A DNA stretch of 64,000 nucleotides from Desulfobacterales bacterium (GTDB lineage: Bacteria > Desulfobacterota > Desulfobacteria > Desulfobacterales > UBA5852), in assembly GCA_963674755.2 (NCBI GenBank), contig CAXXVS010000002.1:544001-608000 (forward strand), in the 5' to 3' direction. A program made the position numbers and the translations under genes. A model generated the notes under the pieces. That model searched no databases, had not been told where the DNA came from, and worked only from the letters and a program-made list of their open reading frames with translations. Positions 20,199 to 29,138 of this stretch are shown piece after piece. Position 1 is the stretch's first letter. Every line of letters begins with the position of its first letter.

Positions 20199-21098
20199 AT
20201 GGATCATTTCATTACACTGATCGAGAAACTGAGCTGGATGTTGCCGCTGGTCTTGCTTTTTGGCCTGCTGGTGCTCATGCTGGCGACGTTGCAGCATTTT
20301 CTGGCTGAAATAAGATCGCAGTCGGGTGTGCGCCATCTGCATATTTCGGCCCTGCGCAGCCCCGGTGAATCAACCCGCCACCGCATCGACCGCACCAATG
20401 GAGAAATTGCGGCTTTTGCCGTGGCGATTGGTGCTATCCCACTGGCGCTCTATGCGGCCCTGCTGTCTTATGTGCACTTCCTGTTTTTGAATCTGGGATG
20501 GATGGAAACGGGATACTTCGGACTCCTCAGCACAGGCTTCATTCTCTATGGATGGAACAAAATACAGCGATTAAAGTCGCGTCGCAGGCGACTTTACATC
20601 CGCTACGAAGGTCAAATGGCGGTGGCCGAGGAAATCAACCGCCTTATCCCGGAGGGCCATCGCGTCTATCACGATTTCCCAACGGATCGCTTTCATATCG
20701 ACCACATTATCGTGGGGCCTCGCGGTGTATTCACCGTAACGGCCAAGGTCGTCCCCCAGCCGGCCCATCACCTTGAAAAACACGCGATGCTGGATGGCCA
20801 GCGCATTGTGTTCGGAAAAAAGAGCGACCAGCGAACATTGGCCTATGCCGCGTTCCAGGCCTCCTGGCTAGCCAAATGGCTCTTGACGGTTACGGGGGAA
20901 GCCCTTGCGGTGCAGTCGATTCTCACGCTACCCGGCTGGCGCGTGAAAACCCTTCGCAAATCCGCTGTCTTGACAGTGGAACCCTCTGCCGTCGGTGATG
21001 CGGTTAGTCGTTTTCAGGGGTATCGGTTGTCCCAAAAAACCGTTCGGTTGGTAAGTGAGCAGATCGAGGCCAAATGTCGACTGGCAGCGTCTTCATGA
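20199..21098 (+). CDS. Membrane-anchored NERD (nuclease-related) domain protein
   Basis: Three TM segments, then VYHDF...IDHIIVGPRGVFTVTAK. Confidence 0.78.
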   Translation: MDHFITLIEKLSWMLPLVLLFGLLVLMLATLQHFLAEIRSQSGVRHLHISALRSPGESTRHRIDRTNGEIAAFAVAIGAIPLALYAALLSYVHFLFLNLGWMETGYFGLLSTGFILYGWNKIQRLKSRRRRLYIRYEGQMAVAEEINRLIPEGHRVYHDFPTDRFHIDHIIVGPRGVFTVTAKVVPQPAHHLEKHAMLDGQRIVFGKKSDQRTLAYAAFQASWLAKWLLTVTGEALAVQSILTLPGWRVKTLRKSAVLTVEPSAVGDAVSRFQGYRLSQKTVRLVSEQIEAKCRLAASS

Positions 21099-21104
21099 TT
21101 TATC

Positions 21105-22208
21105 TCAGGAATAGGTGACTGTTCGCCCATGTCTAACTGCGATGTAACGGGGTTCCAATCCTTCCCGACGTAGGACTTCGCGGATTTCGATGGGTGGGAA
21201 ATGAACCGGTTCATCGCCCAGACGGAAAGTCCCCCAGTGGGCGATGGCCAAATGGCGGGCTTTCAATTCCCTGAAAGCCCGGACCGTTTCGTCCGGATTC
21301 ATATGGCTGGGGGCCATGAACCAGCGTGGCTCATAGGCACCGAGATTGAAAATGGCCAAATCAATCTGCCCTTCCTCGCTAAGTTGTTCAAAACCATCAA
21401 AATAGCCTGTGTCCCCGGAAATATAGAGCGTGGGGCCGCTTTTGGTCCGAATCAGATAGGAGCCCCACAGACCGGTATTAGGGCCTGTCAGTGGATTGCG
21501 CATGGTCCAGTGGTTGCAGGGTAGCAAGACGATCTCCCGCCCGTCGTCTTCGTAGCGTTGATACCAGTCGAGGGGGTTCCGGCGTGTCATGCCGATACCG
21601 TTAAAAATATCGTCATATCCGAGGGGACAGACCACATGCGTGCCTTTGCCCCAGAGCGTGAGCGAAGACACGTCCAGATGGTCGTAGTGGCCGTGGGTGA
21701 TCAAGATATGTTTGGGCTTCGGCAGGGTCGCGATGTCGAATGCCAACGGTGAAAAATCTTTGATAGACCAGAATAAGCCCCTCAAGACCGGGTCCACCAG
21801 GATGGTAGCGTCGAGATCCTGGATAAGCAGGCCGGCATGTTTGATGAGGGTGATTTCCAATCCCTTGGTAGCACTTACGCCGCGTCGATCCATGCAAACC
21901 GGTGTTACCCTTTCATCGCTATAGTACGATTTGAAATGGTTTTGCGAAAACCATTTCCATTTAAGAACGCTTCCCAGTCGACCTTTGCTGATATTGCTGA
22001 ACGGATTGAGGTAGACACCATCCCCATGATGCGCTTTAAGCCGGACCAGATCGCGCATGCTCCGGCCGTTGAGCGGGCGATAGCTGGGGAATGTGGAGGC
22101 GGCTGTGGCATTGTCGAAGGTGCGCGAACGACATGCACTCGGAAAGCCGTAAGGGGCGGCGCTGGCAACACGCTTAAGCAAATTTCCCACAAAATGCCGG
22201 CGTTTCAT
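21105..22208 (-). CDS. MBL-fold metallo-hydrolase (NAPE-PLD-like), possible Tat substrate
   Basis: THGHYDHLD, SGDTGY, GAYEPRWFM, HWGTF; N-terminus MKRRHF. Confidence 0.88.
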   Translation of the reverse strand: MKRRHFVGNLLKRVASAAPYGFPSACRSRTFDNATAASTFPSYRPLNGRSMRDLVRLKAHHGDGVYLNPFSNISKGRLGSVLKWKWFSQNHFKSYYSDERVTPVCMDRRGVSATKGLEITLIKHAGLLIQDLDATILVDPVLRGLFWSIKDFSPLAFDIATLPKPKHILITHGHYDHLDVSSLTLWGKGTHVVCPLGYDDIFNGIGMTRRNPLDWYQRYEDDGREIVLLPCNHWTMRNPLTGPNTGLWGSYLIRTKSGPTLYISGDTGYFDGFEQLSEEGQIDLAIFNLGAYEPRWFMAPSHMNPDETVRAFRELKARHLAIAHWGTFRLGDEPVHFPPIEIREVLRREGLEPRYIAVRHGRTVTYS

Positions 22209-22424
22209 CGTGGCGGTGGATCCTCTCAAGACCTTATCCGTTCGATTTTGTCCATTTTAACCATTGGAAAGGCGCCAATCAACGGCCAATACGCTGCTGA
22301 CCGAGGATCGATGATGCCGCGATTCGGCATCCACCATGACAAATTGTGTCACCGAACCGATTTGGATTCGGGCGTGACATTCTGGAATCAAAGGATAATA
22401 CGTCAGTTGAAGCTTCGTTGGACA

Positions 22425-22440
22425 TGGTATGAATCGTGCA
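22425..22440 (+). promoter_or_regulatory. Possible sigma54 promoter (variant)
   Basis: TGGTAT-GAATC-GTGCA (GG-N10-GC), with TGACA-N5-TGTCA at 22337-22351 upstream. Confidence 0.4.
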
Positions 22441-22627
22441 GCGCCGCTTCCTCATCGTCGTCGGCTGATCTGGGCAGTGCGCTGCTATCGGCGCGTCATA
22501 AAACGTTGTCACGAACCAAAACGGACGAATGAAGAATTAATTTTTAAAGATAAGCGGCAAGCGCCTCATCTCATACACTCTGAGTTGTACGCTAAAGATC
22601 ACTCCAGCTGAAAAGAGGAATGCTGCG

Positions 22628-22846
22628 ATGCAAATCTTTCGATGTTCTGAGACACTTGACAGGGACGATGAACGCATCGACAGCAATATGTTAAAAATAT
22701 TAAGCGTATTGGATGGTTATAGAAGCTTGGCGAGTATAGCGTTTACAACGGGTATGAGTATGAGTGAATTTCAGAAAGCCATCAAAACCTTAATCTCTAT
22801 GAATTTTATAAAACCCGTCACAAAAGATCGAACCCCTACGGATTGA
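22628..22846 (+). CDS. Small winged-helix-like hypothetical protein (72 aa)
   Basis: GAGGA SD; MLKILSVLDGYRSLASIAFTTGMSMSEFQKAIKTLISMNFI resembles a wHTH. Confidence 0.6.
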   Translation: MQIFRCSETLDRDDERIDSNMLKILSVLDGYRSLASIAFTTGMSMSEFQKAIKTLISMNFIKPVTKDRTPTD

Positions 22847-23041
22847 GATTTGCGATTAGCGTCATTCTGAGCCCTCGGCCTGGGTCATTACCAGATAATG
22901 CCTTGACCTTTTTCAACTCATCTCCCCTTAACATCATGTCATTGACGATAATGAAAGAGTTGCCCGATCGGGGAACAGCATGTGAGTCAAGAAAACAAAA
23001 AAGACGGCAGCATGTCAATTGAATTGACAAAGAAAAACTAT

Positions 23042-23060
23042 GTTGACAAAAAGTGTCAAC
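23042..23060. promoter_or_regulatory. Palindromic binding site
   Basis: GTTGACA-AAAAG-TGTCAAC; same TGACA-N5-TGTCA core as 22337-22351. Confidence 0.5.
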
Positions 23061-23338
23061 TATATAGGCATTAAATTTATTACATTCTTTAAGTTACCCC
23101 ATTGTGAAGATTGAACAACAATCTTTGTGGAATGTCTGTATATGAACACAGAAGGGTAAGACGGTTAGAAAATGTTCCGGAAAAATTCGATGCAATCCAC
23201 ATAATCTCATAAAAGTCTGTAAATATGTGTAAAAATTAGATCTACAGAAATGATCTGGGGAAAAGTATGCTTTTGATTCAGTGGGACTTCATAATCTGTA
23301 GATTTTTAGACATGGGGAAATGTCGTATTTGAAAAGAA

Positions 23339-23354
23339 AGGCACGTATATTGCT
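23339..23354 (+). promoter_or_regulatory. Sigma54 promoter
   Basis: AGGCAC-GTATA-TTGCT, near consensus. Confidence 0.65.
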
Positions 23355-23499
23355 TTCTTTCGTGGCGTTTTGAAAGGATTTCATCTTAAAATGCTCAGGT
23401 GGACGGACGGTTGCCCATAAAATCCCTTAAAAATGACTTCGCCAAGGATGCCCTCTCATTGGTCGAAGGCATTTTCCATGTCACTTGCGATCAATTATA

Positions 23500-23820
23500 A
23501 TGAAATCGGATCGAATGGAAATGCAAGCAAGAATAAGAAATCTATCCAATATAGCTTATGAACGTGAACTCAGTCGTGAATTGTCGCGTGTGCAACGGCA
23601 TATTGATCTTTATCGCGAAAAAGAAAGCAAGTTTTTCAATTTAAAAGAAATCCGTTTCAAATTTTATCGTGAAACATCGGATGAAATCTGGCGCTTATAT
23701 CACCACATGGGACCGGATAAAGCGGTCGAAAGGGCGGTTTCCCTTGGTTTGCTCAATGAGGAAGAAGTGCCGGAGGATGTCCGCAGCCACCTGGGGCACG
23801 CCGTTCAGTGTGTCCCTTAA
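23500..23820 (+). CDS. Hypothetical helical protein (106 aa)
   Basis: ORF downstream of a sigma54 promoter; AYERELSRELSRV pattern. Confidence 0.6.
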   Translation: MKSDRMEMQARIRNLSNIAYERELSRELSRVQRHIDLYREKESKFFNLKEIRFKFYRETSDEIWRLYHHMGPDKAVERAVSLGLLNEEEVPEDVRSHLGHAVQCVP

Positions 23821-24079
23821 GATCCCGTTCCATAGCTTTCCTTCGATTTTACGATCTTTTTAAGTCCCGTTCCTGATAACCTTTTTAAGAGAATTAAGGC
23901 CTCGAGGACATGATGGCTGCTGATGTCTGATGGGCCGGTGTCACGCATCAGATAGCGCGTGTTCGGGGCACTATCGTTTTGGTTGTATGGCGTGTCGCGT
24001 TAAAATATAGTCCGGCAAGAGGCGGTACTGGCCGGATCGTTTGGGTTTTTCGATACCCGGCAAGGCAAAAGGGGATGAC

Positions 24080-24304
24080 ATGAAAAAGATGGTGGGTGTT
24101 TGTGTACTGGCAGGGGTCGCTTGGGCTTTGTTGCATTTTCATTTCATTTTGCTGGATTCTCGCATAAAAGTACTGGCTAAATCGAATCTCACGCTTGCTC
24201 AGACCTTCGTTGATGCCCGCGGGGCAAAAAAAATGCGACTGTTGCTCGATCCTGATCTGGTAAGCGCCGGTATAAAGAATATCTTGAAGGAGTTCCCCAA
24301 ATAA
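24080..24304 (+). CDS. Small hypothetical protein with N-terminal membrane anchor (74 aa)
   Basis: AGGGG SD-like; MKKMVGVCVLAGVAWALLHFHFILL...TFVDARG. Confidence 0.65.
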   Translation: MKKMVGVCVLAGVAWALLHFHFILLDSRIKVLAKSNLTLAQTFVDARGAKKMRLLLDPDLVSAGIKNILKEFPK

Positions 24305-24348
24305 CCCCCCTATGTAATCATAAAATTTACGGCAGCTGAGGAGGGATC

Positions 24349-25188
24349 GTGGCCTATCCCGAATATGCAATTACCGACGATTTGGCACCTGTGATCGGCG
24401 TTCCCGGATACTGGCATGAAAGCGACGCCATTCTCGGACGCTTGGCAACGGCGGTTCCGGACAGTTATCTGCGTGCCCTTTTGAAAGCCAACGGCATACC
24501 GCTGATCATCCCGGTCATTCCGCCGGGCAGTGTTCTGGAAACCCTATTTGGGATGATGGACGGCCTGCTGCTGATCGGCGGTCCGGATCTTGACCCAGCC
24601 CACTACCATCAGTCCCCGGCCGATGGGCTCCGCAAGGTGACGCCGGCCCGCGATGCGGTCGAGTTGCAGGTGACACGCTGGGCTCTGGATGCCAACCTTC
24701 CTATCCTGGCCATATGCCGCGGTATTCAGGTGCTTAATGTCGCCGCCGGAGGAACCCTCTGGCAAGATCTTGCAACCCAGCTTCCCGAGGCGGCCAAACA
24801 CGACTATCACCCCGATTTCCCTGAAGACTACCGGGCCCATACCATCAAAGCCGCGGCCGGCAGTGGGCTGGCAGGCATTATTGGGGAAGCGGATATTCCG
24901 GTGAACAGCCTGCATCATCAGGCTATCGACCGGGTGGGGCGAGGATTGCGTGCGACGGCCTTCGCACCGGACGGAATTATCGAAGCAGTGGAAGGGGAGG
25001 GAGACGGTTGGGTCGTCGGCGTGCAGTGGCATCCCGAATGGCTGTTCGAAAGTGACCACCGCATGCGCGCCTTGTTCGAGACGTTTTGCAGCATTTGTGC
25101 CCGCCGAAGGCGACCGGCGCTGCAATCGGCGTCACGTATGGGCCTTTCGGCCGCTTGGCGATCCGCTAGCGTTCCGGAAGAATCGTAA
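24349..25188 (+). CDS. Gamma-glutamyl-gamma-aminobutyrate hydrolase family (peptidase C26)
   Basis: DGLLLIGGPD, ILAICRGIQVLNVA, VNSLHHQA, GVQWHPE. Confidence 0.92.
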   Translation: MAYPEYAITDDLAPVIGVPGYWHESDAILGRLATAVPDSYLRALLKANGIPLIIPVIPPGSVLETLFGMMDGLLLIGGPDLDPAHYHQSPADGLRKVTPARDAVELQVTRWALDANLPILAICRGIQVLNVAAGGTLWQDLATQLPEAAKHDYHPDFPEDYRAHTIKAAAGSGLAGIIGEADIPVNSLHHQAIDRVGRGLRATAFAPDGIIEAVEGEGDGWVVGVQWHPEWLFESDHRMRALFETFCSICARRRRPALQSASRMGLSAAWRSASVPEES

Positions 25189-25576
25189 AACGGGTCTTAA
25201 TTTCCGCCACGCCACTCACCGTAGCGGCCACCGAGCAGTATTTTTCGATGGAAAGTTCAATGGCCTGTGAAAGCGCTTTTTCCGTCAATCCCTTGCCTTG
25301 GACGCGGTAGTCCACGGTTATTTTTCGGTAGGGCCAGGGCGGATCGGAGTCGCGCTCCCCGTCGATGACCACTTCCAGCTTGGTCAGCGGCTTGCGCTTT
25401 TTCTTCATGATCTCAACCACGTCGACCGAAGAGCAGGAGGCTAAGGCCACCAAGAGCATTTCAGAAGGCCGGACGCCGTCCTGCCGGTCGCTGCCGGACA
25501 ACACCACGCTATGCCCGCCTGAATCCGTTCCCACAAACTGCAGTCCGTCAACCCATTTCACGCTTGCCGTTGGCAT
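25166..25576 (-). CDS. OsmC family protein
   Basis: PSEMLLVALASCSSVDVV and IEKYCSVAAT. Confidence 0.92.
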   Translation of the reverse strand: MPTASVKWVDGLQFVGTDSGGHSVVLSGSDRQDGVRPSEMLLVALASCSSVDVVEIMKKKRKPLTKLEVVIDGERDSDPPWPYRKITVDYRVQGKGLTEKALSQAIELSIEKYCSVAATVSGVAEIKTRFTILPER

Positions 25577-25621
25577 GCTTGTGATTCTCCTTGTACTGAT
25601 GCGATGGTGCCCGGGAATGGT

Positions 25622-26461
25622 CTAGAGCTCGAAATACATGTCCGCCGCAACGGCAAAACAATCCATCGTTTTCCCCTTGTCGGCGACCATTTTGCGGCAC
25701 TCTTCCACGATCTTGTCGATTTGGTCGTCATCACGCTCCTGGCTGTGGTGAAACAACCCCAATGTTTTGACACCGGCTTCAAGGGCGAGATCGACCGCCT
25801 CGGTGTATGAGGAATGTCCCCAGAGCACCTTGGATTCATATTCCTCCGGGGTGTATTCCGCATCGTGAAAAAGGAGGTCCGCACCGTAGGAAAAATCGGT
25901 GTAGCGGTCCCTGGGCAGCCCGCCGGGATGAACGAATCCCAGTTCGTTGTCCGTCAGGAAAACAAAGGTTTTGCCGTCTTCGATGAATTTATAGCCGCTT
26001 CCCATGTTGGGATGACTCAAGGGGATCGGCTCCACGGCCATGGATCCGACTTCGAAGCGCGTGGGATTGCCGTCTTCGTATACAATCTTAGCCCGCAATT
26101 CAGATGGCCGGATCGGGAAATTGGGAGGGGTCATGACCTTGGAAACCATATTCTCGACAAATTTTTTGGGAAAGGGGCAACGGTGAACCCGAATGGTGAC
26201 ATGATCCAAATAAAGCGGTTTGAAAAAGGGCCATCCCATCAGATGGTCCCAATGACCGTGTGTGATTAAAAAATGGTAGGTGTAGCGCTCATCTTCGATA
26301 AGCTGATTGCCAAGTCGGCGGATGCCGGTTCCCGCATCCACGATAAAGATATCGTCGCTGTTGGTTCGTATTTCAAGGCACGTGGTATCCCCGCCGTACC
26401 GCAGATATTCGCGACCGGAAACAGGAATGGATCCTCTGGATCCCCACACCTTGATTTGCAT
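25622..26461 (-). CDS. MBL-fold metallo-hydrolase (phosphodiesterase-like)
   Basis: WGSRGSIP, YGGDTTC, DAGTG, THGHWDH, WGHS, LFHH. Confidence 0.9.
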   Translation of the reverse strand: MQIKVWGSRGSIPVSGREYLRYGGDTTCLEIRTNSDDIFIVDAGTGIRRLGNQLIEDERYTYHFLITHGHWDHLMGWPFFKPLYLDHVTIRVHRCPFPKKFVENMVSKVMTPPNFPIRPSELRAKIVYEDGNPTRFEVGSMAVEPIPLSHPNMGSGYKFIEDGKTFVFLTDNELGFVHPGGLPRDRYTDFSYGADLLFHDAEYTPEEYESKVLWGHSSYTEAVDLALEAGVKTLGLFHHSQERDDDQIDKIVEECRKMVADKGKTMDCFAVAADMYFEL

Positions 26462-26781
26462 CACGATCCTTTCTGGGGAAGGGCATTATATCCGCTGGCA
26501 TCGCCGCAGCTGGGACGGCAGGCTACTTCCTGCCTTAACCTATCCTCCGTAGCATAACTCGGCTATCGAGTCCATCCTCAATTAGCCGGGGCAAAGGGCA
26601 GGCGACACAAGCCGCACGGGTTCGTGAACAGGCACACGGATAGGGCCGTCGATTGACGGTGCATTATACCGGGGAGGGCATGACGGTCTTGGATCGAGGC
26701 CGCTGCCCATGGGGGTGGGCCATCTCGCCGTTCGAATCCCGCTTATGTGCGGTGGTTGGATGACAGAGGCAGGGCAGCCCG

Positions 26782-27168
26782 TTAGGAATCGATACGCTTC
26801 AACTTTTGCACTTCTTCACGAAACTTTTCCGTCGAAAGCTGCTGCCAGGGGCTTTGGGGTGCAAATTGAAGAGTCGATTTTATATCGGGGGTAAAGAATT
26901 TACCGGAGCTGATCTTCGGTGCCGAGAGGTAATATTTGAATTCGCCGCCGAGATCAAGGAGGACATCCAGGATTTCGTCATCTTCCAACAGCTCCACCAC
27001 GAGGAGATTATTGACCATCCCCTGGCCCTTTAGATAGAGCTTCCCCTGGGGGCTTTTGATGATTTCGATCACCGGATTCTCAAGGGCAATGGCGGATTTG
27101 TCCGACGAGACCAAGTAGGCCTGCTCGACCCAGTATTCTCCTTCTTCGAATGGAATCCATTCAGTCAT
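26782..27168 (-). CDS. Hypothetical protein (128 aa)
   Basis: Protein-like C-terminal part of ORF 26782..27384; start chosen at MTEWIPFEEG. Confidence 0.65.
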   Translation of the reverse strand: MTEWIPFEEGEYWVEQAYLVSSDKSAIALENPVIEIIKSPQGKLYLKGQGMVNNLLVVELLEDDEILDVLLDLGGEFKYYLSAPKISSGKFFTPDIKSTLQFAPQSPWQQLSTEKFREEVQKLKRIDS

Positions 27169-27365
27169 TGTCTGTAACGCCACGTTGTGCCCGGACGAGG
27201 ATTTTACGCCGATGCTGTTGGGGGGATCCCCTCCGGGATGGTTTGGTATTGCTGGCCGGCATCCTATCGCAGGCGCATGGTGGTGACAAGGCGTATTATT
27301 GAAAGACGGTTGCCGGTGTTCGGGTGCCAGTGCCCTTGGATTCGCCGCCCCGCGATGCAAATCCC

Positions 27366-27395
27366 TTGACAAAGTGAACATCATTTCATTAAACT
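27366..27395 (+). promoter_or_regulatory. Sigma70-type promoter of the aroF leader
   Basis: TTGACA-N18-TAAACT. Confidence 0.6.
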
Positions 27396-27424
27396 CTTTT
27401 CCATTGCAAAGAGAGGGCTATCTC

Positions 27425-27502
27425 ATGGCGTCAGTACAATACACGATCATTTCCTGGTTTTGGTGGCGTTTCGGCCGAAAGGGGTGTGCTGATCCATTGT
27501 GA
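27425..27502 (+). CDS. Aromatic-rich leader peptide (25 aa) of the aroF attenuator
   Basis: GAGAGGG SD; MASVQYTIISWFWWRFGRKGCADPL with control codons TGG TTT TGG TGG. Confidence 0.75.
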   Translation: MASVQYTIISWFWWRFGRKGCADPL

Positions 27503-27530
27503 GCGCCTGACGCAACCATAGGCAAACAAC

Positions 27531-27601
27531 AGGACCGTGGCCATCCCAATGCCACGGTTCTTATTTTTGGGGCGGTGGCCATATGGCACCGCCCCTTTTT
27601 T
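27531..27601 (+). terminator. Two tandem intrinsic-terminator-like hairpins (attenuator)
   Basis: AGGACCGTGGC/GCCACGGTTCT followed by TATTTTT, then GGGGCGGT...ACCGCCCC followed by TTTTTT. Confidence 0.75.
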
Positions 27602-27710
27602 GTGATGGCGAGGCCGCGTTTCACAGCGGCACAAAACAGACGGCACCCGCCGCCACCCCCTTTGAGGCGAAACGATACTTGCGCCTTTATGTCCATAAGG
27701 AGACGACACC

Positions 27711-28751
27711 ATGTTAATCGTAATGGAAGCAAGCGCGACCCCCGAACAGATCGAAGCCGTATCGCTGGCAATTACTTCCAACGGCTATGAGGCCAGGCCC
27801 ATTCCGGGTGGTGAGAGAATGTCGATCGGTGTGCTGCGCAACAAAGGGCCGGTCGACGCGGCCCTTTTTATCGGTTTGGCAGGCGTCAAGGATGTCATCC
27901 CCGTGACCCGTCCCTATAAACTGGTAAGCCGCGAAACCCGCCCCGAAGACACGGTCGTAAAGATCGGCAGTGCCGCTATCGGGAATGGCTCCATGGCGAT
28001 TATCGCCGGACCGTGCGCCATCGAAAGTGAGGCGCAGGCGTTAACCATCGCCCGCCATGTGAAAGCCGCCGGCGCCCATATCTTCCGGGGAGGGGCTTTC
28101 AAACCGCGAACCTCGCCCTATACCTTCCAGGGACTGGGATTGGAAGGGCTCAAAATACTGGCCAAAGTGCGCCGGGAGACGGGATTGCCCGTGGTGACCG
28201 AGGTCATGGATTTGGAGACCTTCGACCAGGTCGAAACCTATGCCGACATGATCCAGATCGGCACCCGGAACATGCAGAATTTCAGCCTGCTGCGCCGGGC
28301 CGGCCATTCAGCCCGCCCCGTGATGCTGAAGCGGGGCATGGCGGCAACCATCGACGAATGGCTTATGGCGGCAGAGTACATTATGGAAGGCGGCAATACC
28401 CAGGTGGTGCTCTGTGAGCGCGGGGTGCGCACCTTTGTGCGCCACAGCCGCAATACGCTGGATTTGTCGGCCGTGCCGTATGTCCTGCGGGAAAGTCATC
28501 TTCCCATTATCATCGATCCCAGCCATGCCGCCGGACGCCGGGACCAGGTGATCCCCCTTAGTCGATCCGCCGTTGCGGTCGGAGCCCACGGATTGATGGT
28601 GGAGGTGCATCATCAGCCGGAAAAGGCCCTCAGCGACGGCGCACAATCGCTCTATCCGGATCAGTTTGCGAAACTCTGCCGGCAGGCCCAGGGGATCTTC
28701 AGCCTCATGGGAGAAGATGACCCTCCCGAAAAACGCCCAGCGCTCAACTGA
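27711..28751 (+). CDS. aroF: 3-deoxy-7-phosphoheptulonate (DAHP) synthase, type I-beta with N-terminal regulatory domain
   Basis: IAGPCAIES, FRGGAFKPRTSPY, QIGTRNMQN, LCERG, DPSHA, ALSDG. Confidence 0.95.
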   Translation: MLIVMEASATPEQIEAVSLAITSNGYEARPIPGGERMSIGVLRNKGPVDAALFIGLAGVKDVIPVTRPYKLVSRETRPEDTVVKIGSAAIGNGSMAIIAGPCAIESEAQALTIARHVKAAGAHIFRGGAFKPRTSPYTFQGLGLEGLKILAKVRRETGLPVVTEVMDLETFDQVETYADMIQIGTRNMQNFSLLRRAGHSARPVMLKRGMAATIDEWLMAAEYIMEGGNTQVVLCERGVRTFVRHSRNTLDLSAVPYVLRESHLPIIIDPSHAAGRRDQVIPLSRSAVAVGAHGLMVEVHHQPEKALSDGAQSLYPDQFAKLCRQAQGIFSLMGEDDPPEKRPALN

Positions 28752-29138
28752 CGTTCAGGAGGTCTATAAACGAGACCGGCCTGTGAATAGTGTAATTCTT
28801 TTGAGGCGTTGGCCTTTTCGCAAAGCGCTTGACACCTGATCGGCGAAATATTAAGCAAGGCTAACTATTAGATAATATACTATTATTTATGATACATCTT
28901 AATACGATCCAAATATTTGCGGGGTTATAAAAGGCGGAACCGCCGCTTGACGAGCAACCGCGCTATTTTGCCTGCCACCGGTCGGATCATCCGTGATTTT
29001 GTTGAACGCAATTCCCTTTCGCAATTGACCCCGTTCAGCGGCCGCGGTGTTTGGGTCGGACTGTCGATCACACAGGTGTCCGTTTGGGTCATGCGCCGGA
29101 AGCGCGAATCGGTATCCATTAATGGAATTTGGGGCCTC

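Noticed and set aside
18787..21098. Possible defence island (nucleotidyltransferase, hypothetical, NERD)
   Set aside because: The genes alternate in orientation, are not operonic, and no known effector or HEPN motif is present.
28917..29138. Long N-terminal extension of TolC in the ORF track
   Set aside because: A plausible signal peptide starts at ATG 29139; the upstream part looks non-coding.
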